A stretch of DNA of 64,000 bases from Thermoplasmatota archaeon (GCA_040751795.1 JBFMHR010000005.1:160001-224000); one strand, 5' to 3'; positions 49,034 through 57,889 are shown, numbered from the stretch's first letter. The notes: generated by a model not told the origin, from the letters alone. Numbers and translations: made by a program.

Positions 49034-50467
49034 ATGGCGGTCGCCCGAGTGAGGTTCCTGGACAGGACTGAGGAGGATTTCGTGCACGGCAAGAGCCTTC
49101 ACTGGCTCGAGAAGATCGGAGTCATGGTCAAGAGCCCGAAGGTCCTGGCCATGCTGGAGAGGGCGGGCGCGCGGGTAGACAGGGACAAGGGGGTCGCGAT
49201 GATCCCCGAGCCGATGGTGAGGGAGGCGGTCCAGAAGGCCCCCAAGAGGATCGTCCTCGGGGCGCGCGACCCGAAGAACGAGAAGGTCATCCCGGTCGAG
49301 ACTTGGCCGCTGATGACCACCACCGGCCTCGCGGTCTACACCTTCGACATCGACACGGGCGAGAGGCGGCCGACGACATCGAAGGACCTCGCCAACTTCT
49401 CGAGGGTCGCGGACGCGATGGACGCGGTGGACATCGTGTGGACCACGGTCACGGCCGGCGACGCCCCGCAGGACGCGCTCGCGCTGCACTCCCTCTGGAC
49501 CACGCTGAGGAACTGCACGAAGCACATCCACGTCATCCCGACCCCGAAGAGCGCGGAGGAGGCCAAGGCCCTCGTCGACCTGGGCGCCATGGTCGCGGGC
49601 GGCCACGACCAGCTCAGGAAGAGGCCGCTCTTCTCGGTCATCAGCTGCCCCATAGCCCCGCTCGGCTTCGAGAGGGCGTCGATCGAGGGGCAGGTCGAGT
49701 ACTCGAAGGCGGGCATCCCCGTCGTCTGCATGTCCATGTCCCTCTCGGGCATGTCGGCCCCGGTGACGACGTGCGGCACGATCGTCAACATCAACACCGA
49801 GAACCTCGCCAGCCTGGTCATCTCGCAGGTCGCCGCCCCGGGCGCGCCGTTCGTCTACAGCTCGGAGTCGGCGCCCATCGACATGACCACGGGCGTGATG
49901 GACTACTCCTCGCACAACCTGCCCATGATCGCGTCGGGCGCGTCGCAGATGGCCAAGAGGTATGGCCTCCCCTCGCAGACGGGGAACTGGGGGATCGAGA
50001 CCAAGGTGCCGGGGATGCAGGCCTCGTTCACCGAGCTGCTCACGACCTTCCTCGCCTCGATGTCCGGCTCGGACATGGTCGCCGGCGCTGGGAGCTGCGA
50101 CGCCGCGAAGGGCGCCGCCCTCGAGCAGGTCGTCATTGACTCCTACCTGTGGGAGGACTGCAGGAAGTACATGAGGGCGTTCGAGATGAGCGACGAGGCG
50201 GCCGCCACGGAGGTCGTCCAGGCCGTCGGGCACGGCAACACGTTCCTCAGGCACATGCACACGGCCCGCAACTTCAAGAAGGAGATCATATTCCGCGACC
50301 AGGAGCGCAAGATGTGGCAGGCCACGCTATCGAGCGACATGGTCCCCGGGGCGAAGGCCGTCGCGAAGAAGGTCCTCGCGGAGCACAGGGTCCCGGACCT
50401 GGACCCGGGCGTCGTGAAGAGGGGAGACGCGCTGGTCGAGGCCCACACGCGCACGCTGAAGGACTGA
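49034..50467 (+). CDS. mttB: Second MttB-superfamily methyltransferase, non-pyrrolysine
   Basis: SLHWLEKIGVMV, ARDPKNE, IAPL, GMSAPVTTCGTIV, RYGLPSQTGNWGIETKVPGMQA, EQVVID; GGAGGTGG RBS. Confidence 0.9.
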   Translation: MAVARVRFLDRTEEDFVHGKSLHWLEKIGVMVKSPKVLAMLERAGARVDRDKGVAMIPEPMVREAVQKAPKRIVLGARDPKNEKVIPVETWPLMTTTGLAVYTFDIDTGERRPTTSKDLANFSRVADAMDAVDIVWTTVTAGDAPQDALALHSLWTTLRNCTKHIHVIPTPKSAEEAKALVDLGAMVAGGHDQLRKRPLFSVISCPIAPLGFERASIEGQVEYSKAGIPVVCMSMSLSGMSAPVTTCGTIVNINTENLASLVISQVAAPGAPFVYSSESAPIDMTTGVMDYSSHNLPMIASGASQMAKRYGLPSQTGNWGIETKVPGMQASFTELLTTFLASMSGSDMVAGAGSCDAAKGAALEQVVIDSYLWEDCRKYMRAFEMSDEAAATEVVQAVGHGNTFLRHMHTARNFKKEIIFRDQERKMWQATLSSDMVPGAKAVAKKVLAEHRVPDLDPGVVKRGDALVEAHTRTLKD

Positions 50468-50492
50468 TCGGCCGGTCGGGACGGGGGCGCCC

Positions 50493-51251
50493 TCAGCCGG
50501 GCATGACCCGGGGGAAGAGCTTGAAGGTGCACCTGTCGTGCCCCTGGGCCATGCACGCCTCCTCCACCGCCACCATCGGCCTGCCGAAGGTCCTGAGGCC
50601 GGCCGTCTCCATGATGTTGCCTATGGGGAGGCACATCGGGGAGTCGCACTTGCCGAATGAGCGCGCGAGCATGGAGGTCGTGTCGACCTTCGCCATCGCG
50701 CTGCGCTCGTCGAAGAAACTGATCTCGTAGGTGCTGATCCAGCCGACGTCGGAGATCATCCTGAGCGCCGAGTCGAAGGTCCCGGCCGCCGTCGCGGCGG
50801 GCGGCATCTGCATGATCCTGTCGTGGAGGTCCACTATCCCGGAGAGCAGGTTGCCGATGTGGGACTGGAGGCCCTCGTCTCCGCGGGCGTACCTCATGAC
50901 CGAGATGGTCGACCAGATACCCTCCTCGGCCGACACCCTCTCCACGAACCTGTCGGGGTGCTGTCGCAGGATCGACCCGTCCGTCTCGTCGGATGTCAGG
51001 GAGGCGGCGGTCTGGGAGAGCCTGGTCTGCTGCCTGAGGCGCCCCTTCTCCTTTCCGAACTCGTACCGCCTCCGGACGATGTCGACCAGGTCGAGCTCCT
51101 CGGCCTGGATGAGGATGTGCCTGAGCTCGGCCGCCACCCAGCCAACGTCGTCGGCGTGCCCCCGCTCGCCCACGTCGATGCCCAGGTCGTACGCGGACTT
51201 GGCCAGCTTGGCCTTCGCGAGGTCGTCCAGGTGCTCCTTCCTGTAGATCAT
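50493..51251 (-). CDS. V4R domain-containing protein
   Basis: C-terminal PMC..IGNIME...VEEACMAQGHDRCTF (V4R signature); N-terminal AYDLGIDVG..H...GWV. Confidence 0.8.
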   Translation of the reverse strand: MIYRKEHLDDLAKAKLAKSAYDLGIDVGERGHADDVGWVAAELRHILIQAEELDLVDIVRRRYEFGKEKGRLRQQTRLSQTAASLTSDETDGSILRQHPDRFVERVSAEEGIWSTISVMRYARGDEGLQSHIGNLLSGIVDLHDRIMQMPPAATAAGTFDSALRMISDVGWISTYEISFFDERSAMAKVDTTSMLARSFGKCDSPMCLPIGNIMETAGLRTFGRPMVAVEEACMAQGHDRCTFKLFPRVMPG

Positions 51252-51278
51252 GTGCGCGCCTCAGAACGGACGTGGGCC

Positions 51279-51662
51279 CTACGTGAACGCCCCGGAGAGC
51301 GCGGGAGCGAGGTCCTTCGCGAGCCCGTCGCCCTCGAGGTACTCCTTGAGCTGGAGAGCGAGCTCGCGCCTCTTCTCGGCCGACTCCTCCAGCGCTATGT
51401 TGTTCACCATGACGGAGATGATCCTCCTGCTCTCGAAGTCGAGGATGCCCACACGCGACAGGAGATCGTCGAGGGCCTGACCCTGGACCGCGTTCAGGCG
51501 GCCAGCGTCGGCCGCCCTTCTCACGTTGTCCCTCGGGTCGCCCGCGCCGCCCCCGGCGCGGGCGCAGTCGCTCGCATCGCCAGCACTGCGCCTTCTGGGG
51601 CCCCGTCCCCCGATGCCCGTTGAGGGAGGAGCCTCTCCATGCCCACTGGAGTCCCCGACCAT
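51279..51662 (-). CDS. Hypothetical protein (disordered N-terminus, helical C-terminus)
   Basis: GGTGTGA before the ATG; host-like codons; co-oriented with the V4R gene. Confidence 0.55.
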   Translation of the reverse strand: MVGDSSGHGEAPPSTGIGGRGPRRRSAGDASDCARAGGGAGDPRDNVRRAADAGRLNAVQGQALDDLLSRVGILDFESRRIISVMVNNIALEESAEKRRELALQLKEYLEGDGLAKDLAPALSGAFT

Positions 51663-51804
51663 GTTCACACCTCGTCCGCGCTCGGATCGAGTGGCCCGCC
51701 CCGTCCCCTGGGCGGGCAGCAGGTGCTGTACCCCGTTCGGAGTACAAAAACGTTCCCTGACCATTATCACAAGCGGGTCTGGCGCCCGCGCACCCGGCGG
51801 AGCA

Positions 51805-51990
51805 TCACTCGGCGGGGTTGTTGAGCGGGCAGCCGTAGCAGAGGTCCTTGAAGACCTCGCGGTTGAAGAGCTCCTTCACCCTCGATGCCAGGATGTCCGC
51901 GTCCATCCTGCACTCCCTCGGCACTACGAGGGTCAGCCTTATGCACTCGCTGCATGTCGTCAGGTTCTCAAGAGTCTTGAAGTCGTCCAG
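51805..51990 (-). CDS. 61-aa CxxC...CxxC microprotein with a probable CTG start (not in the ORF track)
   Basis: (M)DDFKTLENLTTCSECIRLTLVVPRECRMDADILASRVKELFNREVFKDLCYGCPLNNPAE; GGGAGGGG RBS; TTTTATAT TATA near 52040-52047; G/C-ending codons. Confidence 0.6.
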   Translation of the reverse strand: MDDFKTLENLTTCSECIRLTLVVPRECRMDADILASRVKELFNREVFKDLCYGCPLNNPAE

Positions 51991-52066
51991 GGTCCCCCTC
52001 CCACTCGGCGCGATGCCGACCTCGGAACCGCTTGCGTGGATATAAAATCGGGCGTCCCCGCGCGGC

Positions 52067-53143
52067 TCAGAACTTCTCGACCGCCTCGATCGCGTCGAGG
52101 ATGTCCTGGGGCCTCATCCGGTCGGGCATGTTCCTGGAGTCCGGGTCCTTGCTGGCCGCGTACTCCGCCGCCTTGCGCAGGGCCGCCTTCGACGGCGACC
52201 CGAGCGCCTTGAGCGAGGTCGGCAGCCCGACCTGTTCGCACCAGGCCTTCACCGCGGCGACCTCCTCCCTCCTGCGCCCCTCGTAGACCATCTGGACGAT
52301 GGTGCAATATGCGACCACCTCGCCGTGCTCGCCGTGCGCCTCCCCGGTCCTCTTGAGTCCGTTGTGCAGCGCGTGGGCCAGGGCGCACCCGGTGTTCTCG
52401 AACGCCATGCCGGAGGAGAGCTTCACCGCCTCGATGACGTCGTCCACCTCGCGCGAGTGGACGCCGTTCCTGACGTCCCGGACGGCCTTCAGGCCCTTCT
52501 CCATGAGGCTCTTGTAGCACGAGTCGGCGAGGGCTAGCGCGGCCGCCGTCGGGGCCGGCCTGTCCTTCTTCTTGGCGCGTGCCATCGCGAACGCCTCTCC
52601 CTCGAACTTGGTCGAGAGGGCGTCCCCCATGCCCCACACCATCAGCTTCGCCGGAGCCCTGCTCAGGACCTCCGTGTCCTCGATCACCAGCACGGGGTTG
52701 CGCGAGAGGGTGAGCCACTCGACGAACCTGTGGTCCTCCGTGTACACCACCGCCTCGGCGCTGGTGTCCGCGTTGGTGGCGCACTGTGTCCCGACCACCA
52801 CGGACGGGACCTTGAGCTTCCACGCGACGATCTTGGCGGTGTCGACGGCCTTGCCCCCGCCGACGCCGACCACGAAGTGCGGGGAGGCCTTCCTCCCCGC
52901 GTCGGTGAGCCGGTTGACGGTCGCCCAGGTGCACTCCTTCACGCCGGACTCCCACAGGACCACGTCGATGCCGTTCGACTCCAGCGACTTCCTGACCTTG
53001 TCGCCTGCGACCGAGAGCGCGGTCGATCCCCCGATCACGAAGGCGCGGTTCCCGTAGGCCAGCGCCTTCTGGCCGAGGTGGTAGATCGCCCCCCTGCCCT
53101 GCAGGTAGAGCGACGGGGTGACCATCTTCCTGATTCCGTCCAT
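52067..53143 (-). CDS. gldA: Glycerol dehydrogenase-like (family III metal-dependent alcohol dehydrogenase)
   Basis: PSLYLQGRGA, GVGGGKAVDTAK, GMGDALST.FE, AHALHNGL, HGEVVA (D/H/H metal ligands). Confidence 0.85.
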   Translation of the reverse strand: MDGIRKMVTPSLYLQGRGAIYHLGQKALAYGNRAFVIGGSTALSVAGDKVRKSLESNGIDVVLWESGVKECTWATVNRLTDAGRKASPHFVVGVGGGKAVDTAKIVAWKLKVPSVVVGTQCATNADTSAEAVVYTEDHRFVEWLTLSRNPVLVIEDTEVLSRAPAKLMVWGMGDALSTKFEGEAFAMARAKKKDRPAPTAAALALADSCYKSLMEKGLKAVRDVRNGVHSREVDDVIEAVKLSSGMAFENTGCALAHALHNGLKRTGEAHGEHGEVVAYCTIVQMVYEGRRREEVAAVKAWCEQVGLPTSLKALGSPSKAALRKAAEYAASKDPDSRNMPDRMRPQDILDAIEAVEKF

Positions 53144-53233
53144 GCCGTCCTCTCCAGCCATGACTGTCAGAAACGCTCCAGCAGTACAATCACCGCCGAG
53201 TATAAGAAAATAAGTCCTTAAGGCGCGGAGGCG

Positions 53234-53989
53234 ATGCCGTGGCGCGACCGTCTGGAGCGTGCCACGGTGGGAGAAGGCAGGTGCGCCAAGTGCTCTGGCC
53301 CCGCCGAGATCAAGCGGAGCACGATGGCCACGTACGACGCGCAGTGGGGAGGCCACGACGAGGCGGCCGCCTCGGAGCGCAGGAAGAGGCTGGCCCCCGT
53401 CGCGGACCCGCTCCTCTCCATGGTCATGCCCCTGGCGGACAAGGTCGTCGTCGACCTGGGCATGGGGACCGGGACCCTCGCGTTCAGGGCGATGGAGCTC
53501 TCGACGCCCAGGAGGACCGTGGGCGTGGACTTCTCGACCACGGGGCTCAGGGTCGCCCGCGCGGTCTCCAGGCACTCACGCTTCAGGGACATGGACGTCG
53601 AGATGGTGAAGGGGGACCTCGAGAGGCTGCCCCTCGCGCGCCGCTCCGCGGACGTGATCGTGAGCCAGGCCACGGTCAACCTCATCCCCGACAAGGCCGC
53701 GGTGTTCTCCGAGATCGCGAGGGTGGCGAAGTCGGGGGCGAAGGTCGCCATATCCGACGCGTTCAGGACGTCCAGGGGGTCGCAGGACGGCTCCTGGGAG
53801 CAGTGCATCGGCGGCGCCATAACGGTGACGGAGTTCTCCACGATGGCGCTGAACTCAGGCCTGATCATCCTCGGCCAGACGGACCTCACGCAGGTCGTGA
53901 GGCAGCTGGTGTCGTCCAAGAGGTGGGAGTGGCCCGAGTTCCTGGAGCACAACATGGACTACAGGGCGTTCATGATGATGAGGAGCTGA
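53234..53989 (+). CDS. Class I SAM-dependent methyltransferase (UbiE/ArsM-like fold)
   Basis: VVDLGMGTG, VGVDFS, GDLERLPL, ADVIVSQATVNLIPDK, WEQCIGGA; N-terminal CAKC. Confidence 0.8.
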   Translation: MPWRDRLERATVGEGRCAKCSGPAEIKRSTMATYDAQWGGHDEAAASERRKRLAPVADPLLSMVMPLADKVVVDLGMGTGTLAFRAMELSTPRRTVGVDFSTTGLRVARAVSRHSRFRDMDVEMVKGDLERLPLARRSADVIVSQATVNLIPDKAAVFSEIARVAKSGAKVAISDAFRTSRGSQDGSWEQCIGGAITVTEFSTMALNSGLIILGQTDLTQVVRQLVSSKRWEWPEFLEHNMDYRAFMMMRS

Positions 53990-54140
53990 GCCAGGACGCC
54001 GGGAGAAAGATGCGGGGCCGGGAGCTTCGCGGGCCTCGCCTTCTGAGGAGAGACTGGGTGGATAGGACAAACGGCTGGCCCGTCCCGCTTCACGGCCCCT
54101 GTGTTACAGAGGTGTTTCCGGCCTGAATGGGGGATGCCCT

Positions 54141-54257
54141 TCAGACTGCGTTGTGCTGCTGATGGATCACGTTGCCGCACCTCGGGCACCTGTCCGCGTC
54201 CTTCGGCAGTGTGAGCCCGCAGAGGCTGCAGCGCTTCTCATGTTCCCCTGACCCCAT
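54141..54257 (-). CDS. 38-aa zinc-ribbon microprotein (not in the ORF track)
   Basis: MGSGEHEKRCSLCGLTLPKDADRCPRCGNVIHQQHNAV (CxxC-x10-CxxC). Confidence 0.7.
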   Translation of the reverse strand: MGSGEHEKRCSLCGLTLPKDADRCPRCGNVIHQQHNAV

Positions 54258-54260
54258 CCT

Positions 54261-54292
54261 AACCGACTCGGTTGTACTACTGTAATAGTACA
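54261..54292. promoter_or_regulatory. Two adjacent palindromes, candidate operator
   Basis: AACCGA-C-TCGGTT (54261-54273) and TGTACTA-CTGTAA-TAGTACA (54273-54292), between divergent genes. Confidence 0.55.
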
Positions 54293-54397
54293 GAGGTACT
54301 TCAAATTGCCGTCCGTCAAGCCGGCCATTTGCCGAAATGAAACGGATGCCTCCCCCGCGGCCCTCCCCGATAACACGCTTATAAGCCGCAAACCGAT

Positions 54398-54628
54398 TTG
54401 GGCCCGGGGATTCAAACGGCGAAGGATGAGAGGGTCACGATGAAGGTGGACAGGGCCCTGTGGCAGAGCGTCCAGGGCCTCATCGACGAGCACCCGGAGT
54501 GGGGTATAATGTCCGTCCCGGAGTTCGTGAGGCGGGCGATAGACTCCGAGGTCAGGGCCCGCAGGGAGGCGGAGTCCAGCCGCGTGATCAAGCTCCAGAT
54601 CTCCCCCCAGCGCAGGAAGCCGTCCTGA
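54398..54628 (+). CDS. Ribbon-helix-helix (CopG/Arc-like) DNA-binding protein
   Basis: RVTMKVDRALWQSVQGLI...GIMSVPEFVRRAI (beta strand-helix-G-x-S-helix); CTTATAA upstream. Confidence 0.75.
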   Translation: MGPGIQTAKDERVTMKVDRALWQSVQGLIDEHPEWGIMSVPEFVRRAIDSEVRARREAESSRVIKLQISPQRRKPS

Positions 54629-54656
54629 TCCCCCAGTGGTTGTCGCGCGCCCCGCA

Positions 54657-56093
54657 TCAGCCCTTCTTCGATGTGGCCAGCGAAACCCCGACGAGGGCCG
54701 CCGTCGCGACGATCATCACCGGGACCACGGGCAGGAAGCCCCACGAGTACGAGGCCGGCACCGCCCCGAAGTAGAAGCCCGCGTAGAGCAGCTCCCCCGC
54801 CGCGATGGACGCCATGCACCCCCACTTGTTCGCCCTCCTCCAGTACAGCGCCGCCACGGTCGTCGGGAAGAGCACCGCCAGCCCCGTGAAGGTCGTCTTG
54901 GTGAGCGTCTCGAAGAGCGTCTCGACGGAGCTGAGGGCGATGGCGAGGCTCAGCAGGGCGAGCCCGACCACCAGGGCCTTGCCCACTATGAACTCGTGCC
55001 TCTGGCTCGCGTCGGCCCTCACCCACTTCTTGTAGACGTCCCTCGTGAGCATCGAACTCAGCACCAGGAGCTGCGAGTCGGCCGTCGACATGAGCGCGGC
55101 GAAGGCACCGGCGAGCATGATCCCCAGGACCCACGATGGCGCGAACTCGTCGACCATCATGGGCAGTATCTGGTCCGGCTCGGAACCGGTGAGGCCGGGG
55201 AACTGCAGGTTGCCCCACGCGCCTATCAGCACGGGGCACAGGAACACTACGGCGGTTATCGGCGCGTACATCATCATGGATACCTTGATGGCCTTCTCGT
55301 CCCTCGCGCTGTAGAACCTGACGAAGAGCTGCGGGAACATCGGGTCGCAGAAGATCCAGAGGAGCATGAAGCTGAGCCAGACCTGGGGCGTGAAGTAGTC
55401 CCTCCCTCCGGGCCTGGACACCAGGTCCGGGAACTCCTCCGCGAGCCGCGTGTTCGCATCGGTGAACCCGCCGAGGCCGGCGGAGACTATCCCGACGGCC
55501 GCGATGAGGGTCACGAACATCATGGCCCCCTGGAGGACGTCGGTGTACGCGTCCGCCCTCATCCCGCCGATGGTCACGTACGCGACGACGACGATGGTCA
55601 CCAGCACCGCCCCGAGCTCGTAGGAGACCTCCCCGTCCGTCAGCGTCTCGAACGCTATCCCGCCCCCGATCGCCTGCGTGGCGATGTACGGGAGGGTGAA
55701 GACGACCATGACACCGAGGAAGACCATCCTGAGGGAGTCGGAGCTGAACCTGTCGCCTATGAGCTCTGCCGGGGTGATGTACCCCTTCTCCCTCCCCAGC
55801 CTCCATATCCTCCTGCCGAGGAAGAAGAAGGAGAGGGCCATGATCCCCGTCCCGAAGCCCATGATGCCGTAGTACGCCAGGCCGAACTTGTACGCCGCCC
55901 CGGCGAACCCGAAGAACGTGAAGGCGCTGAAGTTGGTCGCAGCCAGCGTGAAGAACAGGACGACCGGGCCGATGCTCCTCGACGCCACGAAGTAGTCGTC
56001 CGAGGTCTTGGCCGACCTCCTGTAGGCGTAGAAGGCGATGAGGATCATGATGGCGAGGTAGGCCGCGAAGAACGAGATCGCCACGACGTCCAT
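54657..56093 (-). CDS. Sodium:solute symporter (SSS, PanF/PutP-like)
   Basis: DYFVASRSIG, ATNFSAFTFFGFAG, TPAELIGDRF, IGGMRA..TDVLQG, AALMSTADSQLL. Confidence 0.93.
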   Translation of the reverse strand: MDVVAISFFAAYLAIMILIAFYAYRRSAKTSDDYFVASRSIGPVVLFFTLAATNFSAFTFFGFAGAAYKFGLAYYGIMGFGTGIMALSFFFLGRRIWRLGREKGYITPAELIGDRFSSDSLRMVFLGVMVVFTLPYIATQAIGGGIAFETLTDGEVSYELGAVLVTIVVVAYVTIGGMRADAYTDVLQGAMMFVTLIAAVGIVSAGLGGFTDANTRLAEEFPDLVSRPGGRDYFTPQVWLSFMLLWIFCDPMFPQLFVRFYSARDEKAIKVSMMMYAPITAVVFLCPVLIGAWGNLQFPGLTGSEPDQILPMMVDEFAPSWVLGIMLAGAFAALMSTADSQLLVLSSMLTRDVYKKWVRADASQRHEFIVGKALVVGLALLSLAIALSSVETLFETLTKTTFTGLAVLFPTTVAALYWRRANKWGCMASIAAGELLYAGFYFGAVPASYSWGFLPVVPVMIVATAALVGVSLATSKKG

Positions 56094-56308
56094 CACGCAC
56101 CACCCCCGTCGTCGGTCCAGTAGTACCTGGCGAAGAGGAAGTAGAGGGCGAACAGGCCGGCCTCGAGGACCGCGATGTACGTGACGATGTAGGGCAGCCC
56201 GAGGACGGTCGGCCAGGACCAGTCCCATGCCCATATGTCGATCGATAGCACGAACAGCAGCGAGAACGCCGCCGCCCAGAACCACTTGCTGCGCAGCACT
56301 TGAGCCAT
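56093..56308 (-). CDS. Small membrane partner of the SSS transporter (DUF997/DUF3311-like)
   Basis: Two TM segments, WPTVLGLP; stop overlaps the SSS start. Confidence 0.75.
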   Translation of the reverse strand: MAQVLRSKWFWAAAFSLLFVLSIDIWAWDWSWPTVLGLPYIVTYIAVLEAGLFALYFLFARYYWTDDGGGA

Positions 56309-56642
56309 CATCCCTGCCTCCCGTCGTCGAGCGTTTCCTGGATTGGGAGGCTGGAAACGGAGAAACAATGCCTCGGCGGGGTGAATGGGCGCGGCCGATA
56401 TGAACCTTTGCGGGCGCGGCGCGGGCCCGCACGCGCGGACGGGAACATCTGCGCCGAGGTCCGGGGAGGGCCATTTCGGTATGTCACATTTTATCTCCAA
56501 CACACATGGTACCATCGGACGGCCATGCACTTTATCGCGTGAATCGTGGACGACGCCGGACGTCTGCGCCTCCCGGGTCCGACCAGCCGGCGTGCAAGGA
56601 TGCAAATACGATGCGGCGGATAGTGTTGTACGGGAGGAGAGG

Positions 56643-57794
56643 ATGGCGAGGGCGGAGGATGTCAAGGTCAGGTCCGTGATGAGCACCTCGCCGGTGACCG
56701 TGGAGGCGGACGACACGGTCTCCGACGCGATCGCCAGGATCAGGAGGCACAGGGTCAAGGAGCTCCCGGTCCTCTCGAAGGGCGTCCCGGTCGGGCTGGT
56801 CAGCTATTCATCCTTCATAGAGCGCAGGAGCGTCCCGCTGAACGCGAAGGTCTCGTCCATCATGCTCCCGGTGTCCAGGCTGAGGGAGGAGGACAGCGTC
56901 CTCGACGCCGCGGAGCTGCTGGTGTCTTCTGGCATAAGGGGCGCGCCCGTGATGAGGGGGAACAGGCTCGTCGGGTTCGTTTCCCGCTCCGACATAATAC
57001 GCATCATGCCCAGCATGCCGGAGATGAGGGCCGTCAAGGCCGGCGACCTCATGACAGCCGAGCCGCTGTCCGTCACCCCCGACGAGTTCGTCGGGAGGGC
57101 CCAGGTCCTCATGGAGGGGCTGGACGAGAAGGCGCTGCCGGTCGTGGGAGACGGGGACAGGCTAGTGGGGGTCATAGGCATGACGGAGGTGATGGACGCG
57201 GTATGGTCGCCGAAGGGCGACATGCCGCAGAGGAGCCCCAGGCCCCCGAGGAAGGTCTTCGACTCGAGGACCAGGGCGCAGATCAGGGTCGGCAGCGTGA
57301 TGACCAGGGGGGCGGTGAGGGTCTCGCCGGCCGACTCGCTCGGGAGGGTCGTGGACCTCATGCTCGACAGGGGCCTCTCCACGCTCTTCGTCACGGAGGA
57401 GGAGAGGCTCGTCGGGGTCGTCGACCAGGCGGACCTAATGGAGCAGCTCCTCAGCCTGAGGCCGAGGGACCAGGTGTTCGTCCAGGTCTCGGGCCTCACG
57501 GCCCACGACCCGGACGTGCTGGACGGGCTCTACTCGATGATAGGCAAGGGGATGAAGAGGCTCGCCAAGATGGAGCGCCCCAGGGTCTTCTACCTGCACG
57601 TGGCGACCTACGACCACGAGGGGCTCGCGAGCAAGTTCAGCCTCAGGGCCAGGCTCAACACCGACGGGGGGATGTACTACGTCCGCGGCGCCGGCTGGAA
57701 CCTCTTCAGGACCGCCTCAGGCCTCCTGGAGACGCTCGAGGCGAAGGTGAGGAGGCAGAAGGAGAAGGAGCAGGACAGGAGGCGGAGGCGGTGA
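56643..57794 (+). CDS. Four-CBS module fused to a C-terminal HPF/RaiA-like domain (HibA/AHA-type archaeal ribosome hibernation factor)
   Basis: Four CBS repeats, then VFVQVSG-helix-FYLHV-FSLRARL-YYVRGAGWNLF...LEAKVRRQKEK (beta-alpha-beta-beta-beta-alpha); GGAGGA RBS. Confidence 0.75.
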   Translation: MARAEDVKVRSVMSTSPVTVEADDTVSDAIARIRRHRVKELPVLSKGVPVGLVSYSSFIERRSVPLNAKVSSIMLPVSRLREEDSVLDAAELLVSSGIRGAPVMRGNRLVGFVSRSDIIRIMPSMPEMRAVKAGDLMTAEPLSVTPDEFVGRAQVLMEGLDEKALPVVGDGDRLVGVIGMTEVMDAVWSPKGDMPQRSPRPPRKVFDSRTRAQIRVGSVMTRGAVRVSPADSLGRVVDLMLDRGLSTLFVTEEERLVGVVDQADLMEQLLSLRPRDQVFVQVSGLTAHDPDVLDGLYSMIGKGMKRLAKMERPRVFYLHVATYDHEGLASKFSLRARLNTDGGMYYVRGAGWNLFRTASGLLETLEAKVRRQKEKEQDRRRRR

Positions 57795-57889
57795 CGGCCC
57801 CGAACCCTCCGGTGAAAAAGATATCAACCCCGTGGCCCGTTCCAGAGCCGCTCAAGGACGCGGAGAGGCTCGACAGGAGGATTGGAGAC

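Noticed and set aside
46470-50467. Pyrrolysine (amber) recoding in the mttB genes
   Set aside because: Both frames are full length with no internal TAG, the Pyl position reads Gly, and TAG serves as an ordinary stop elsewhere in the window.
51767-51955. 62-aa ORF from the track (MQRVHKAD...)
   Set aside because: It has poor codon usage; the overlapping frame 51805-51990 has the RBS, the codon bias and the paired CxxC motifs.
53234-53989. Arsenite methyltransferase (arsM)
   Set aside because: The fold is similar, but the catalytic SNCV cysteine is replaced (SQAT) and no ars genes are nearby.
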